Source: an uncultured Verrucomicrobiae bacterium
GTDB taxonomy: Bacteria > Verrucomicrobiota > Verrucomicrobiia > Limisphaerales > Palsa-1400
Reading direction: 5' to 3'
DNA: 64,000 nt
Assembly (NCBI GenBank): GCA_963707025.1
Contig: CAVPOM010000005.1
Coordinates: 352,001-416,000 of the forward strand
The translations under genes and the position numbers were made by a program. The notes beneath the pieces were generated by a model. The model was not told the origin of the DNA and did no database searches. It was given only the letters and a program-made list of their open reading frames with translations. Below are positions 21,854-30,850 of the stretch, one piece after another (within the stretch, counting starts at the first letter, position 1; each line of letters starts with the position of its first letter).

Positions 21854-24310
21854 ATGAATGCCATCACTCACTCCCGTCCTCTCGCCACCCTCTGCCTTGT
21901 CGCGTCCATGACGGCGGCGGTTGGCCAGGTTACCGTGGTTGAACATCCAGCCTCAACCTCGACCAACTCGTTCTACGTGGGCAATCGTCCGCCGCTGGCG
22001 CCCTCTCCGTTTGCCAAGCTTCCCATCGGCGCCATTACCCCGCGCGGCTGGCTGCGCCATCAACTGGAATTGGAACGCGATGGCATGACCGGCCACCTGG
22101 AGCAGATCTCGCCCTGGCTGGATTTCACCAGAAGTTCGTGGGCGGACCCGCAGGGCCGCGGCAAGTTCGGCTGGGAGGAATTGCCCTATTGGCTCAAGGG
22201 CTACGGCGATCTGGGTTACGTGCTCAAAGACCAAGCCATCAAAGCGGAGGCGAAAAAGTGGATTGAAGCCGTGCTGGCCAGCCAGCGCGAGGACGGCTGG
22301 TTCGGCCCGCGCGAATTGCTCACCAGCCTGAACGGCAAGCCCGATCTTTGGCCGCACATGATCATGCTCAACGTCCTTCAGTCCTGGTACGGGGCGACCG
22401 GCGATCCGCGCGTCATCCAGTTGATGGACCGCTATTTCAAATGGGAGAACGCGTTGCCCGTCAGCGCCTTTGGCGAAGGTTACTGGCCGAAAATCCGGTT
22501 CGGCGACAACCTCGAGAGCGTTTTCTGGCTTTACAACCGCACGGGCGAACCGTGGCTGCCCGACTTGGCGCGCAAGATTAACGCCGGCATGGCGCGTTGG
22601 GACCAGGACGTCATCAATTGGCACAACGTCAATATCGGGCAGGGTTTTCGCGCGGGCACGGAGTTCTGGATGCTCTCGCAGGACCCCGGCCATCTCGCCT
22701 CGGCCGAACGCAATTACCAAAAGATTTTCACCACCTACGGCCAGTTTCCCGGCGGCGGTTTTGTCGGCGACGAAAATTCGCGCCCCGGTTACACCGACCC
22801 GCGCGGCGGCATCGAAACGTGCGGGATTGTCGAACTGATGCACAGTTTCGAGATGCTGACCAAGATCACCGGCCAGCCAGTGTGGGCGGATCGTTGCGAG
22901 GAGATCGCGTTCAACACCTTCCCCGCCGCCCTGACGCCGGACGAAAAGGCGCTGCACTACATCACTTGCGCCAACCAGATTCAGCTCGACCGCCGCAACA
23001 AGTCGCCCGAGCTTCAGAACAGCGGCACGATGGTATCCTACAGCCCGTTTGAGGTTTATCGTTGCTGTCAGCATAATGTTTCGCACGGCTGGCCTTATTA
23101 CGCCGAGGAACTTTGGCTGGCCACGCCGGACAACGGCCTGTGCGCTTCGCTCTACGCCGCCTGCGAAGTCAGCGCCCAGGCCGGGAACGCGGCCGCCGTC
23201 AAAATCACCGAAGAAACAGATTACCCTTTTCGGGACACCATCAAACTCAGAATCGAGACCGCCCGACCCGCGAAGTTCCCACTCTATCTGCGGGTGCCGC
23301 GCTGGTGCGAGGCGGCGGAGGTGAGCGTCAATGGAGAGGCAGCCGGCGTGAAGTCCAATCCACTGGCGTATATCCGGCTGGAACGGGAGTGGCGTGGCGG
23401 AGACACCGTGACCTTGCGATTACCCATGAAGCTGGCCGTGCATCAGTGGCACAAAAACCAGGACGCCGTGTCGGTGGACTTCGGCCCGTTGAGTTTCTCG
23501 CTGGCGATCCAGGAGCGGTTCGCTTCCTACGGCACGCGCAATCCCAACTGGCCGGAGTGGGAAGTGTTTCCGGACTCGCCTTGGAACTATGGATTGGTCC
23601 TCGACGAGCAAAACCCCGCCTCCTCCTTCAAAGTAATTCAAACCGATGGGCCGCTGGCGGCGCAGCCGTTCACGCCGGAAACGGCCCCCATGAAACTGGA
23701 GGCCACGGGCCGGCGCATCCCCGGCTGGCAGGCCGATGCCAACAGTGTCATCGGCAAACTCCAGCCCAGCCCCGTGAAATCCGGCCAGCCGGACGAGAAG
23801 ATCACGCTCATTCCCATGGGCGCCGCTCGTTTGCGTGTCGCAATGTTTCCAGTGATTGGCTCCGGCCCCGGCGCCCACGAGTGGAGAGTGACGGCTTGGA
23901 AAGCAAGCGCCTCCCACACCTTCGAGGGCGATACGCTGGAGGCGTTGCAGGACGGCCTGGAACCCGCCAACTCCAACGACCACAACATCCCGCGCTTTAC
24001 GTGGTGGGACCACCGCGGCACCAAGGAATGGGTGCAATTGGATTTCCCGCAGCCGAAAAACGTGTCCTCGGTTGAAGTGTATTGGTTCGACGACACCGGC
24101 CAGGGCGAGTGCCGCCTGCCCGCCTCGTGGCGTTTGCTCTATCGCGATGGGACAGCATGGAAGGAAGTGGCAGAACCGGCCGTCATGCCGGTGACGGCGG
24201 ATCAATGGAATCCCCTCTCCTTCCGTCCAGTCGAAACGACGGCGTTGAGGATCGAAGCGCAGCTGCGACCCGGCTTTTCAGGGGGTCTTTTGGGCTGGAA
24301 GGTCAAATGA
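21854..24310 (+). CDS. GH127/GH146 beta-L-arabinofuranosidase-like enzyme with a C-terminal F5/8-like domain
   Basis: GWEELPYWLKG, HNVN, VGDE, ETC, RCCQHN. Paralogue of the 13928 gene. Confidence 0.88.
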   Translation: MNAITHSRPLATLCLVASMTAAVGQVTVVEHPASTSTNSFYVGNRPPLAPSPFAKLPIGAITPRGWLRHQLELERDGMTGHLEQISPWLDFTRSSWADPQGRGKFGWEELPYWLKGYGDLGYVLKDQAIKAEAKKWIEAVLASQREDGWFGPRELLTSLNGKPDLWPHMIMLNVLQSWYGATGDPRVIQLMDRYFKWENALPVSAFGEGYWPKIRFGDNLESVFWLYNRTGEPWLPDLARKINAGMARWDQDVINWHNVNIGQGFRAGTEFWMLSQDPGHLASAERNYQKIFTTYGQFPGGGFVGDENSRPGYTDPRGGIETCGIVELMHSFEMLTKITGQPVWADRCEEIAFNTFPAALTPDEKALHYITCANQIQLDRRNKSPELQNSGTMVSYSPFEVYRCCQHNVSHGWPYYAEELWLATPDNGLCASLYAACEVSAQAGNAAAVKITEETDYPFRDTIKLRIETARPAKFPLYLRVPRWCEAAEVSVNGEAAGVKSNPLAYIRLEREWRGGDTVTLRLPMKLAVHQWHKNQDAVSVDFGPLSFSLAIQERFASYGTRNPNWPEWEVFPDSPWNYGLVLDEQNPASSFKVIQTDGPLAAQPFTPETAPMKLEATGRRIPGWQADANSVIGKLQPSPVKSGQPDEKITLIPMGAARLRVAMFPVIGSGPGAHEWRVTAWKASASHTFEGDTLEALQDGLEPANSNDHNIPRFTWWDHRGTKEWVQLDFPQPKNVSSVEVYWFDDTGQGECRLPASWRLLYRDGTAWKEVAEPAVMPVTADQWNPLSFRPVETTALRIEAQLRPGFSGGLLGWKVK

Positions 24311-24350
24311 TCATCTCCTTGAAAAAGGATTCAAAATGGCGGGAGAAGAA

Positions 24351-24398
24351 TGTGGCCATTTTATGCCACGTGACTTGGCGAAACCGGCGCGCTAAGCT
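24351..24398 (+). promoter_or_regulatory. Operator copy 4 plus -10 box
   Basis: TGTGGC-CATTTTAT-GCCACG (24351-24370), then 22 nt, then TAAGCT (24393-24398), then 7 nt to ATG. Confidence 0.7.
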
Positions 24399-24405
24399 GT
24401 GACCA

Positions 24406-26952
24406 ATGAAGACCCGATTCTTAATCCCTGCGGCCGCCGTCATCTTCGGAATGATCCACGCTTCCGCGCAGTCCTTCCGGCCGCCTTCTGTGCCGCTGGT
24501 GACGTTTGATCCGTATCTGAGCATCTGGTCGGCCGCCGATCACCTGACGGACCGCGCGACGCAACACTGGACCAGGCGACCGCAGTCCCTGGTCAGTCTC
24601 ATTCGCGTGGATGGCGCCGCCTTCCGCCTCATGGGGAATGAGCCGGATTCCGCGCCCGCCTTGCCGCAAACCGGCTTGAAAGTCACCCCCACCCGCAGCA
24701 TCTACGATTTCGAGAACGATAAAATTCACGTGACGCTGGTATTTATGCGGCCGGCCCTGCCGGACGATTTGGACGCCCTGGCGCTGCCGTTGAATTATCT
24801 CACCTGGGAAGTTCGCTCCGTGGATGGCAGGGAACACGCCGTCTTCCTCTACGACAGCACCAGTTCCCAACTGGCCGTCAACAAGAATGACGAACCGGTG
24901 CAATGGCAGCGCGGCAAGGCCTGGGACCTCACGACTCTCCGCGTGGGCACGGTCGAGCAGGACGTGTTGGGGTCGAGCGGAGACGACCATCGCATTAACT
25001 GGGGCTATGCCTACGCCGCCGCCGGCGCCCAAGCCAAGGCCGCCATCGGGGCGGACAAAGCGCTGCTGGACGCGTTCGTCGCTGACGGCGCCCTCCCTGC
25101 CGCGGATGACGCGCGCATGCCGCGGGCGGTGAACGATGAACAACCCGTCTTGGCGTTTGTTTTCGACCTCGGCAAGGTCTCCGCCGCTCCGGTCGCCCGG
25201 CAAGTCATGGTGGCCTACGACGAAATCTTCGCCATCAATTATTTTGGCCGCAAGCTGTTGCCGTATTGGAAGCGCAACGGAGCCACCGTCGAACAAATGC
25301 TGGAAAAAGCGGCGCGCGACTATCCGCAGTTGGCCCGTCGTTGCGCGGAATTTGACGCGCAACTGACGGCCGACGCCACCAAGACCGGCGGGGCCAAGTA
25401 CGCGCAGATGTGCGCGCTGGCTTACCGGCAATGCGCCTGCGCCTGCGGCTTGGCCGCCGATGCCAACAAGCAGCCGCTTTTCTTCACCAAGGAGAACACG
25501 AGCAATGGTGACATTGCCACGGTGGATGTGTTCTTTCCGATGGACCCGCAATGGCTGCTGCTCAGCCCGGCTCTGGCCAAGGCGACGCTGGTTCCCATCC
25601 TGAGTTACGCGGCCAGTTGGCACTGGAAGTTTCCCAACGCACCCCACGACCTCGGCACCTACCCCATCGCGCGCGGCACCGATGACGGCGGCGAAGGCAT
25701 GCCGGTGGAAGAAAGCGGCAATATGCTCATCCTCTGCGATGCCGTCTCGCAATTGGACGGAAACACGCGCTTCGTTGATCCGTGGTGGCCCAAGCTGACT
25801 CAATGGGCCGGGTACCTGGAAGATTACGGATTGGACCCGGAAAACCAGCTCTGCACCGATGACTTCATGGGCAAACTCGCCCACAACGCCAACCTTTCCG
25901 TCAAAGCCATTTTGGGTCTGGCCTGCTACGGGGATATGTGCCGCTTGCGCGGCGACACGGCCGGCGCGGACAAATATCGTCAAATGGCCAAAGCGGATGC
26001 CGCGCACTGGCTAACAGCCGCGGCCGATGGCGACCACTTCCGGCTGGCCTTCGACAAGCCGGGCACCTGGAGCCAGAAGTACAATCTCGTTTGGGATCGT
26101 ATTCTTGGGTTGAACGTGTTTCCGCCGGAAGTGGCGCAAAAGGAAATCGCCCATTACAAAACAGTGCTGCAACGCTTTGGACTCCCGTTGGATTCGCGGA
26201 AAAACATAACCAAGACGGATTGGTCGCTTTGGAGCGCCACCCTGGCCGAAAACCAGGCCGACTTCGAGACGTTGATTTCGCCCATTACCGATTACCTCAA
26301 CCAAACCACGGCTCGCTCCCCTTTTGTCAATTCCTACAACACGGATAACGTTCGCAGTGACGGCATGCATGCGCGTCCCGTCATCGGTGGCGTCTTCATC
26401 AAAATGCTCGCCGATCGCGCTCTGTGGACCAAATGGGCCGGCGCCGATAAAACCAAAGTCGGCGACTGGGCGCCGCTGCCGGAGCCGCCAAAAATCGTGG
26501 AGGTGGTTCCGACCTCACAAAAGTCGGCGCTGCTTTGGCGTTACACGACCAACCGGCCGGCGGGTGATTGGACCAAGCCCAAGTTCGACGCCTCCTCATG
26601 GAAGGAAGGCCCCGCCAGTTTCGGCACCGCCGGGACCCCGGGCGCGGTGGTGCGAACCCGCTGGGACACTGATGACATTTGGCTGCGGCGCCAAATCACG
26701 CTGCCGGACCAGCCTTACCGCGGCCTTCAGTTCTATGTTGATCACGACGAAGATGTGGAAATTTATGTCAATGACATTCTGGCGGCGAAGGCAGGAGGAT
26801 TTACCACCGGCTATGTGACTTTGGCCATCCGGCCTGCTGCCCGCGCGCTGCTCCAGCCAAACGCCACGGTCACTCTGGCCGTGCATTGCCACCAAACCAC
26901 AGGAGGCCAGAACATAGACGTTGGGCTGGCCGACATCGTGGACCCGGAGTAG
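24406..26952 (+). CDS. DUF5127/DUF4965 (glutaminase GtaA-like) protein with C-terminal jelly-roll module
   Basis: FRPPSVPLVTFDPYLSIWS, KENTSNG..TVDV, APHDLGTYP, MPVEESGNM, QLCTDDF, WSQKYNL, GLPLDSR, ARPVIGG. Confidence 0.85.
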   Translation: MKTRFLIPAAAVIFGMIHASAQSFRPPSVPLVTFDPYLSIWSAADHLTDRATQHWTRRPQSLVSLIRVDGAAFRLMGNEPDSAPALPQTGLKVTPTRSIYDFENDKIHVTLVFMRPALPDDLDALALPLNYLTWEVRSVDGREHAVFLYDSTSSQLAVNKNDEPVQWQRGKAWDLTTLRVGTVEQDVLGSSGDDHRINWGYAYAAAGAQAKAAIGADKALLDAFVADGALPAADDARMPRAVNDEQPVLAFVFDLGKVSAAPVARQVMVAYDEIFAINYFGRKLLPYWKRNGATVEQMLEKAARDYPQLARRCAEFDAQLTADATKTGGAKYAQMCALAYRQCACACGLAADANKQPLFFTKENTSNGDIATVDVFFPMDPQWLLLSPALAKATLVPILSYAASWHWKFPNAPHDLGTYPIARGTDDGGEGMPVEESGNMLILCDAVSQLDGNTRFVDPWWPKLTQWAGYLEDYGLDPENQLCTDDFMGKLAHNANLSVKAILGLACYGDMCRLRGDTAGADKYRQMAKADAAHWLTAAADGDHFRLAFDKPGTWSQKYNLVWDRILGLNVFPPEVAQKEIAHYKTVLQRFGLPLDSRKNITKTDWSLWSATLAENQADFETLISPITDYLNQTTARSPFVNSYNTDNVRSDGMHARPVIGGVFIKMLADRALWTKWAGADKTKVGDWAPLPEPPKIVEVVPTSQKSALLWRYTTNRPAGDWTKPKFDASSWKEGPASFGTAGTPGAVVRTRWDTDDIWLRRQITLPDQPYRGLQFYVDHDEDVEIYVNDILAAKAGGFTTGYVTLAIRPAARALLQPNATVTLAVHCHQTTGGQNIDVGLADIVDPE

Positions 26953-27014
26953 TTGATTCTTGCCATCCTCACGCGGCGGTTGTTAACTGCCGATGATTTG
27001 CCTGCGGTTGAGGT

Positions 27015-30000
27015 ATGTTCAGACCGAATCGAGTTCTTCCACCGGCGGCCGTGTGGCGTGGCGTCGTTTCCGCTCAGTCGCGCCGACACCACTTTTGCGC
27101 CTTGCTTTTCGCAGTGGCGCTGGCGGGTTTGGCCTTTCCCGGCAGAAGCGACGACCTCGGGGCGGAACTGCGGGACTTTTCTCTCCGAACTTGGAGCAAG
27201 GCGGACGGCCTGCCCGACGGTTCGGTGACGGTGATCCTGCAAACTCAGGATGGTTACTTGTGGGTTGGAACGGCGGCGGGCTTGGCGCGCTTTGACGGAA
27301 TTAAGTTTGCCGGGGTGGACTTGCGCAAAGACCGCCGGGATCGGCCCGCCGCCATCACGGCGATGTGTGAAGACGCAACTGGCGCACTGTGGATTGGCAC
27401 CGAAGATCGGGGCATCTTTCGCTGGCAGGACGGCCAACTGCAACACTTCGGCGCGGCGGACGGATTGCTGGATGAAAATGTGACCAGCCTGACGTTGGAT
27501 TCCGGGGGCCAGTTATGGATCGGCACCAAGCGCGGCGTCAACCGCCGCGACGGGACCCGGTTTGTGGCGTTTACCACAGCGGACGGTTTGCCGGATAATT
27601 CGGTTTCCAGCGTCCACGCCGCCAGATCGGGCACGATCTGGATCACTACCGCCGGGGGCATGTGTCGTTTCGTGGATGGCCGGATCAGCCGGTTTGAGTT
27701 CCCCACCACCGGCCAGGAACGGCAGGAGGGATTCCTCGGGGCCTACGAGGACTGCCGGGGCAACCTGTGGGCGTTTTACGCCACCTACCTGATCAATCTG
27801 GCCGAAGGCAACAAACGCATCAACTACTTCCCAGGCGAGAAATCGGCCATGACGCGCATCTGGAGCTTGTGCGAAGGCCGCAGCGGGCGGTTGTGGATTG
27901 GCGCCAGCGGACGCGGCGTCTTCTGCTTCGATGGAACCAAGTTTCAACCCGTCACCCTCAACGAAGGCCACTGGCCCAACGACGTGCGCACCATTTGCGA
28001 GGACCACGAAGGCAATCTTTGGCTCGGAATTTCGGACGGCGTTCTGGTGCAATTGCGACTGCAACGATTTGCCTTGCTGACCGGCGACCGTGGACTGCCC
28101 GCCGACGCGGCCGCCTGCCTGATGGCCGATTCGCTGGGCCGCGTCTATGTCGGCATGGACTCGGGCGGCTTATACGTCAGCATCGGCGATCGCTTTGAGA
28201 AAGTGAGCGATGACACCAAATGGCTCGGCCAGGACCTGGTTGCCTCCGCTTGCGCCCAACCCGACGGCAGCCTCTGGGTGGGCACGACTGGCAGCGGCCT
28301 TTACCATATCAAGGATGGACGATCCGTGGTTTATTCCACGGCCAACGGCCTGTCGGACAACTGCGTCCTGGCGGTCTGCGCCGACGCGCAAGGAGCTGTT
28401 TGGGCCGGCACGCGGGCGGGAACCTTGCACCTGTTCAAGGACGGCAAAGTGTCCACCTTCACCAGCGCCGACGGGTTGCCTGGCCCGGCTATTACCGCAC
28501 TCTTGCCCGCACGCCAAGGTGGACTTTGGATCGGGACGGACCACGGGATGCTTCTCCATGGCGACGAGGCATTCCGCAACGTGACCGTGGCCAAATTGGC
28601 CCCGAAACTTGGCCGCAAGGCAATTCTCGGATTGTGCGAGGGACCGGACCAGTCTATTTGGGTCGGCAGCGCCGGCGGAGGGCTGGGATGCCTGGCAGGC
28701 AATCGCTGCCTGGCTTGGGACAACCGGGATGGCCTGCCGGATGACGTTGTCTCTGCGGTTGTCGAGGACACAGAGGCCAACCTCTGGCTGGTCATGCCCC
28801 GCGGCTTGTGTCGCATCGCCAGCAACTCGGTCGCATCCGCTCTGGCCGGGCGTGGTGCGCTCAAAGCTAAATTGCTGTTTGAGACCGAGACCGGGCCTGA
28901 TCGGGTGCTGAATCTGGGCTGGCCGAAGGCAGTGCGTTCGTCCGAAGGCCGGCTTTGGTTCGCCACCGCCAGCGGCCTGGTCGGCATTGATCCCCACGGC
29001 TGGGAAGGGGAAAACCCGGCACCGCAGGTTCATATCGAGGCCGTTTACATTAACAACGAATTAACTCCGCTGGCCGCGCCAAAACAGGGCCGCGCCGCCA
29101 GCCTCATGGCGGCGCCGGTGCCATTCCCTGCCGGCCTGCACTCGCTGGAATTTCAAGTCACCGGGTTGAGCTTCGAAGCCCCGGAGCGGATCCGTTTTCG
29201 CCACAAGTTGGATGGATTCGACACGGATTGGGTGGAAACAGGGCCGGAACGGCGAGTGCCATACGGACGGCTGCCGAGCGGGTCTTACACATTTCATGTG
29301 ACCGCTTGCAACGCCGAGGGCGTTTGGAACGGGCAAGGTGCCAGCCTGGCCTTTATCATCCCGGCTCCGCTCTGGCGCGCTCCCTGGGCGCTGGCTCTTT
29401 ACGGCTTGGCCGCTGCGAGCGCCGCTTTCGGCGCGATGCGCCTGGTTTCCCATCGGCGGCTGCAACGCCGTCTGGCGGGGTTGGAGCACCAGCGGGCGAT
29501 GGAGCGGGAGCGCATGCGCATCGCCCGGAACATGCATGACGAAATCGGCTCCAAACTCACCAAGATTTCCTTTCTCAGTGAACGCCTCAAGGTGGAGTCC
29601 AAGCCCACCGGACCGGCGGGCGACAAAGTTGATTCCATCGCAACCACCTCGCGCGATTTGCTCAAGGCCTTGGACGAAATGGTGTGGGTCGTCAACCCGC
29701 ACAATGACACCTTGGAAAACCTGGCTTCTTATTTGAGCCAGTACGCCAGGGAGTACTTTCAAGACACTCCCGTCGAATGCCATTTGCGGGTGCAGAGCGA
29801 ATTCCCGCCGTTGAGCATGTCCGCTGAATATCGGCACAACGTCTTTCTGGCTTTCGAGGAGTCTTTAAGCAATGTCCTCAAACACGCCCGCGCCTCGCGC
29901 GTCGAGGTGCATATTCAAGTCGAGTCGGGCATCTTGCGCATCCGCATCAGCGACAACGGACTTGGTTTTGCCCCTGGCGCGGGCAATAGCCCTGGCGCGG

Positions 30001-30215
30001 GCAATAGCCCTGGCGCGGGTAATGGCCCTGGCGCGGGTAATGGCCCTGGCGCGGGCAATGGCCATGGCGCGGGCGGCGGCCGCGACGGCCTGACCAATAT
30101 GCGCCAGCACCTGGCCGATGTGGGAGGCAGTTGCTTCATCCAGAGCCGGCCGGGCCAGGGCGCCAGCGTGGAGTTGCAAGTGGCCCTGGCTTCAGGCCAC
30201 ACGGAAGACCCATGA
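27015..30215 (+). CDS. Sensor histidine kinase (two-component regulator propeller repeats, Y_Y_Y, HisKA_3, HATPase)
   Basis: Repeated DGLP..V...DxxGxLWIGT units, YGRLPSGSYTFHV, TM helix, ERMRIARNMHDEIG, NVLKHA, DNGLG, GLTNM. Confidence 0.92.
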   Translation: MFRPNRVLPPAAVWRGVVSAQSRRHHFCALLFAVALAGLAFPGRSDDLGAELRDFSLRTWSKADGLPDGSVTVILQTQDGYLWVGTAAGLARFDGIKFAGVDLRKDRRDRPAAITAMCEDATGALWIGTEDRGIFRWQDGQLQHFGAADGLLDENVTSLTLDSGGQLWIGTKRGVNRRDGTRFVAFTTADGLPDNSVSSVHAARSGTIWITTAGGMCRFVDGRISRFEFPTTGQERQEGFLGAYEDCRGNLWAFYATYLINLAEGNKRINYFPGEKSAMTRIWSLCEGRSGRLWIGASGRGVFCFDGTKFQPVTLNEGHWPNDVRTICEDHEGNLWLGISDGVLVQLRLQRFALLTGDRGLPADAAACLMADSLGRVYVGMDSGGLYVSIGDRFEKVSDDTKWLGQDLVASACAQPDGSLWVGTTGSGLYHIKDGRSVVYSTANGLSDNCVLAVCADAQGAVWAGTRAGTLHLFKDGKVSTFTSADGLPGPAITALLPARQGGLWIGTDHGMLLHGDEAFRNVTVAKLAPKLGRKAILGLCEGPDQSIWVGSAGGGLGCLAGNRCLAWDNRDGLPDDVVSAVVEDTEANLWLVMPRGLCRIASNSVASALAGRGALKAKLLFETETGPDRVLNLGWPKAVRSSEGRLWFATASGLVGIDPHGWEGENPAPQVHIEAVYINNELTPLAAPKQGRAASLMAAPVPFPAGLHSLEFQVTGLSFEAPERIRFRHKLDGFDTDWVETGPERRVPYGRLPSGSYTFHVTACNAEGVWNGQGASLAFIIPAPLWRAPWALALYGLAAASAAFGAMRLVSHRRLQRRLAGLEHQRAMERERMRIARNMHDEIGSKLTKISFLSERLKVESKPTGPAGDKVDSIATTSRDLLKALDEMVWVVNPHNDTLENLASYLSQYAREYFQDTPVECHLRVQSEFPPLSMSAEYRHNVFLAFEESLSNVLKHARASRVEVHIQVESGILRIRISDNGLGFAPGAGNSPGAGNSPGAGNGPGAGNGPGAGNGHGAGGGRDGLTNMRQHLADVGGSCFIQSRPGQGASVELQVALASGHTEDP
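29973..30074 (+). repeat. In-frame 18-bp tandem repeat, five full copies plus a partial one (PGAGNS/G)
   Basis: CCTGGCGCGGG(C/T)AAT(A/G)GC units. Confidence 0.95.
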
Positions 30216-30850
30216 GCAAAGTCGTCACCATTGCCATCGTGGATGATTCTTCGGACCTGCGGGAAAATATTGGCGGCTATCTCGGGGCCTTCCCGGAATT
30301 CCGCTGCCTCAGTGCCTACGCCAGCGCGCGCGAAGCCCTGGAAGGACTGCCCAAAAATCCGCCGGAGGTCGTCCTGATGGATATCAACCTGGGGGAACAC
30401 GCCACCGACGGCATTGAATGCGTGCGCGCTTTGAAAACCCTGCTGCCCGGCGTTCTGGTCGTGATGTTGACGGTGTTTGAGGACACCGAAAAAATCTTTC
30501 GGGCCTTGGCGGCGGGCGCCAGCGGCTACCTGCTCAAACGGCAGCGGCCGGAGGAATTGCTGGCGGCGATTCGCGAAGTCGTGGCGGGAGGCGCGCCCAT
30601 GTCCACCTCCATCGCCCGCAAGGTGGTCCGGTCCTTTCAATCCGCCCCGCCGCAGGGAAGGGAATCAGCCGAACTGTCGCCCCGCGAATTGGAGGTGTTG
30701 CAAGCCCTGGCGCAAGGCCTGGCCTACAAACAAATCGCCGATCAACTCAACGTCAGCATTCACACCGTCCGCAATTATATCCGGCGCGTTTACGAGAAAC
30801 TGCACGTTCGTTCCCGGACTGCGGCGGTGGTCAAATTCCTCAATAAATGA
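30212..30850 (+). CDS. NarL/LuxR-family response regulator
   Basis: IVDD, LMDINL, GASGYLLK, LSPRELEVL...SIHTVRNYIRRVYEKLHV. ATGA overlap with the kinase stop. Confidence 0.93.
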   Translation: MSKVVTIAIVDDSSDLRENIGGYLGAFPEFRCLSAYASAREALEGLPKNPPEVVLMDINLGEHATDGIECVRALKTLLPGVLVVMLTVFEDTEKIFRALAAGASGYLLKRQRPEELLAAIREVVAGGAPMSTSIARKVVRSFQSAPPQGRESAELSPRELEVLQALAQGLAYKQIADQLNVSIHTVRNYIRRVYEKLHVRSRTAAVVKFLNK

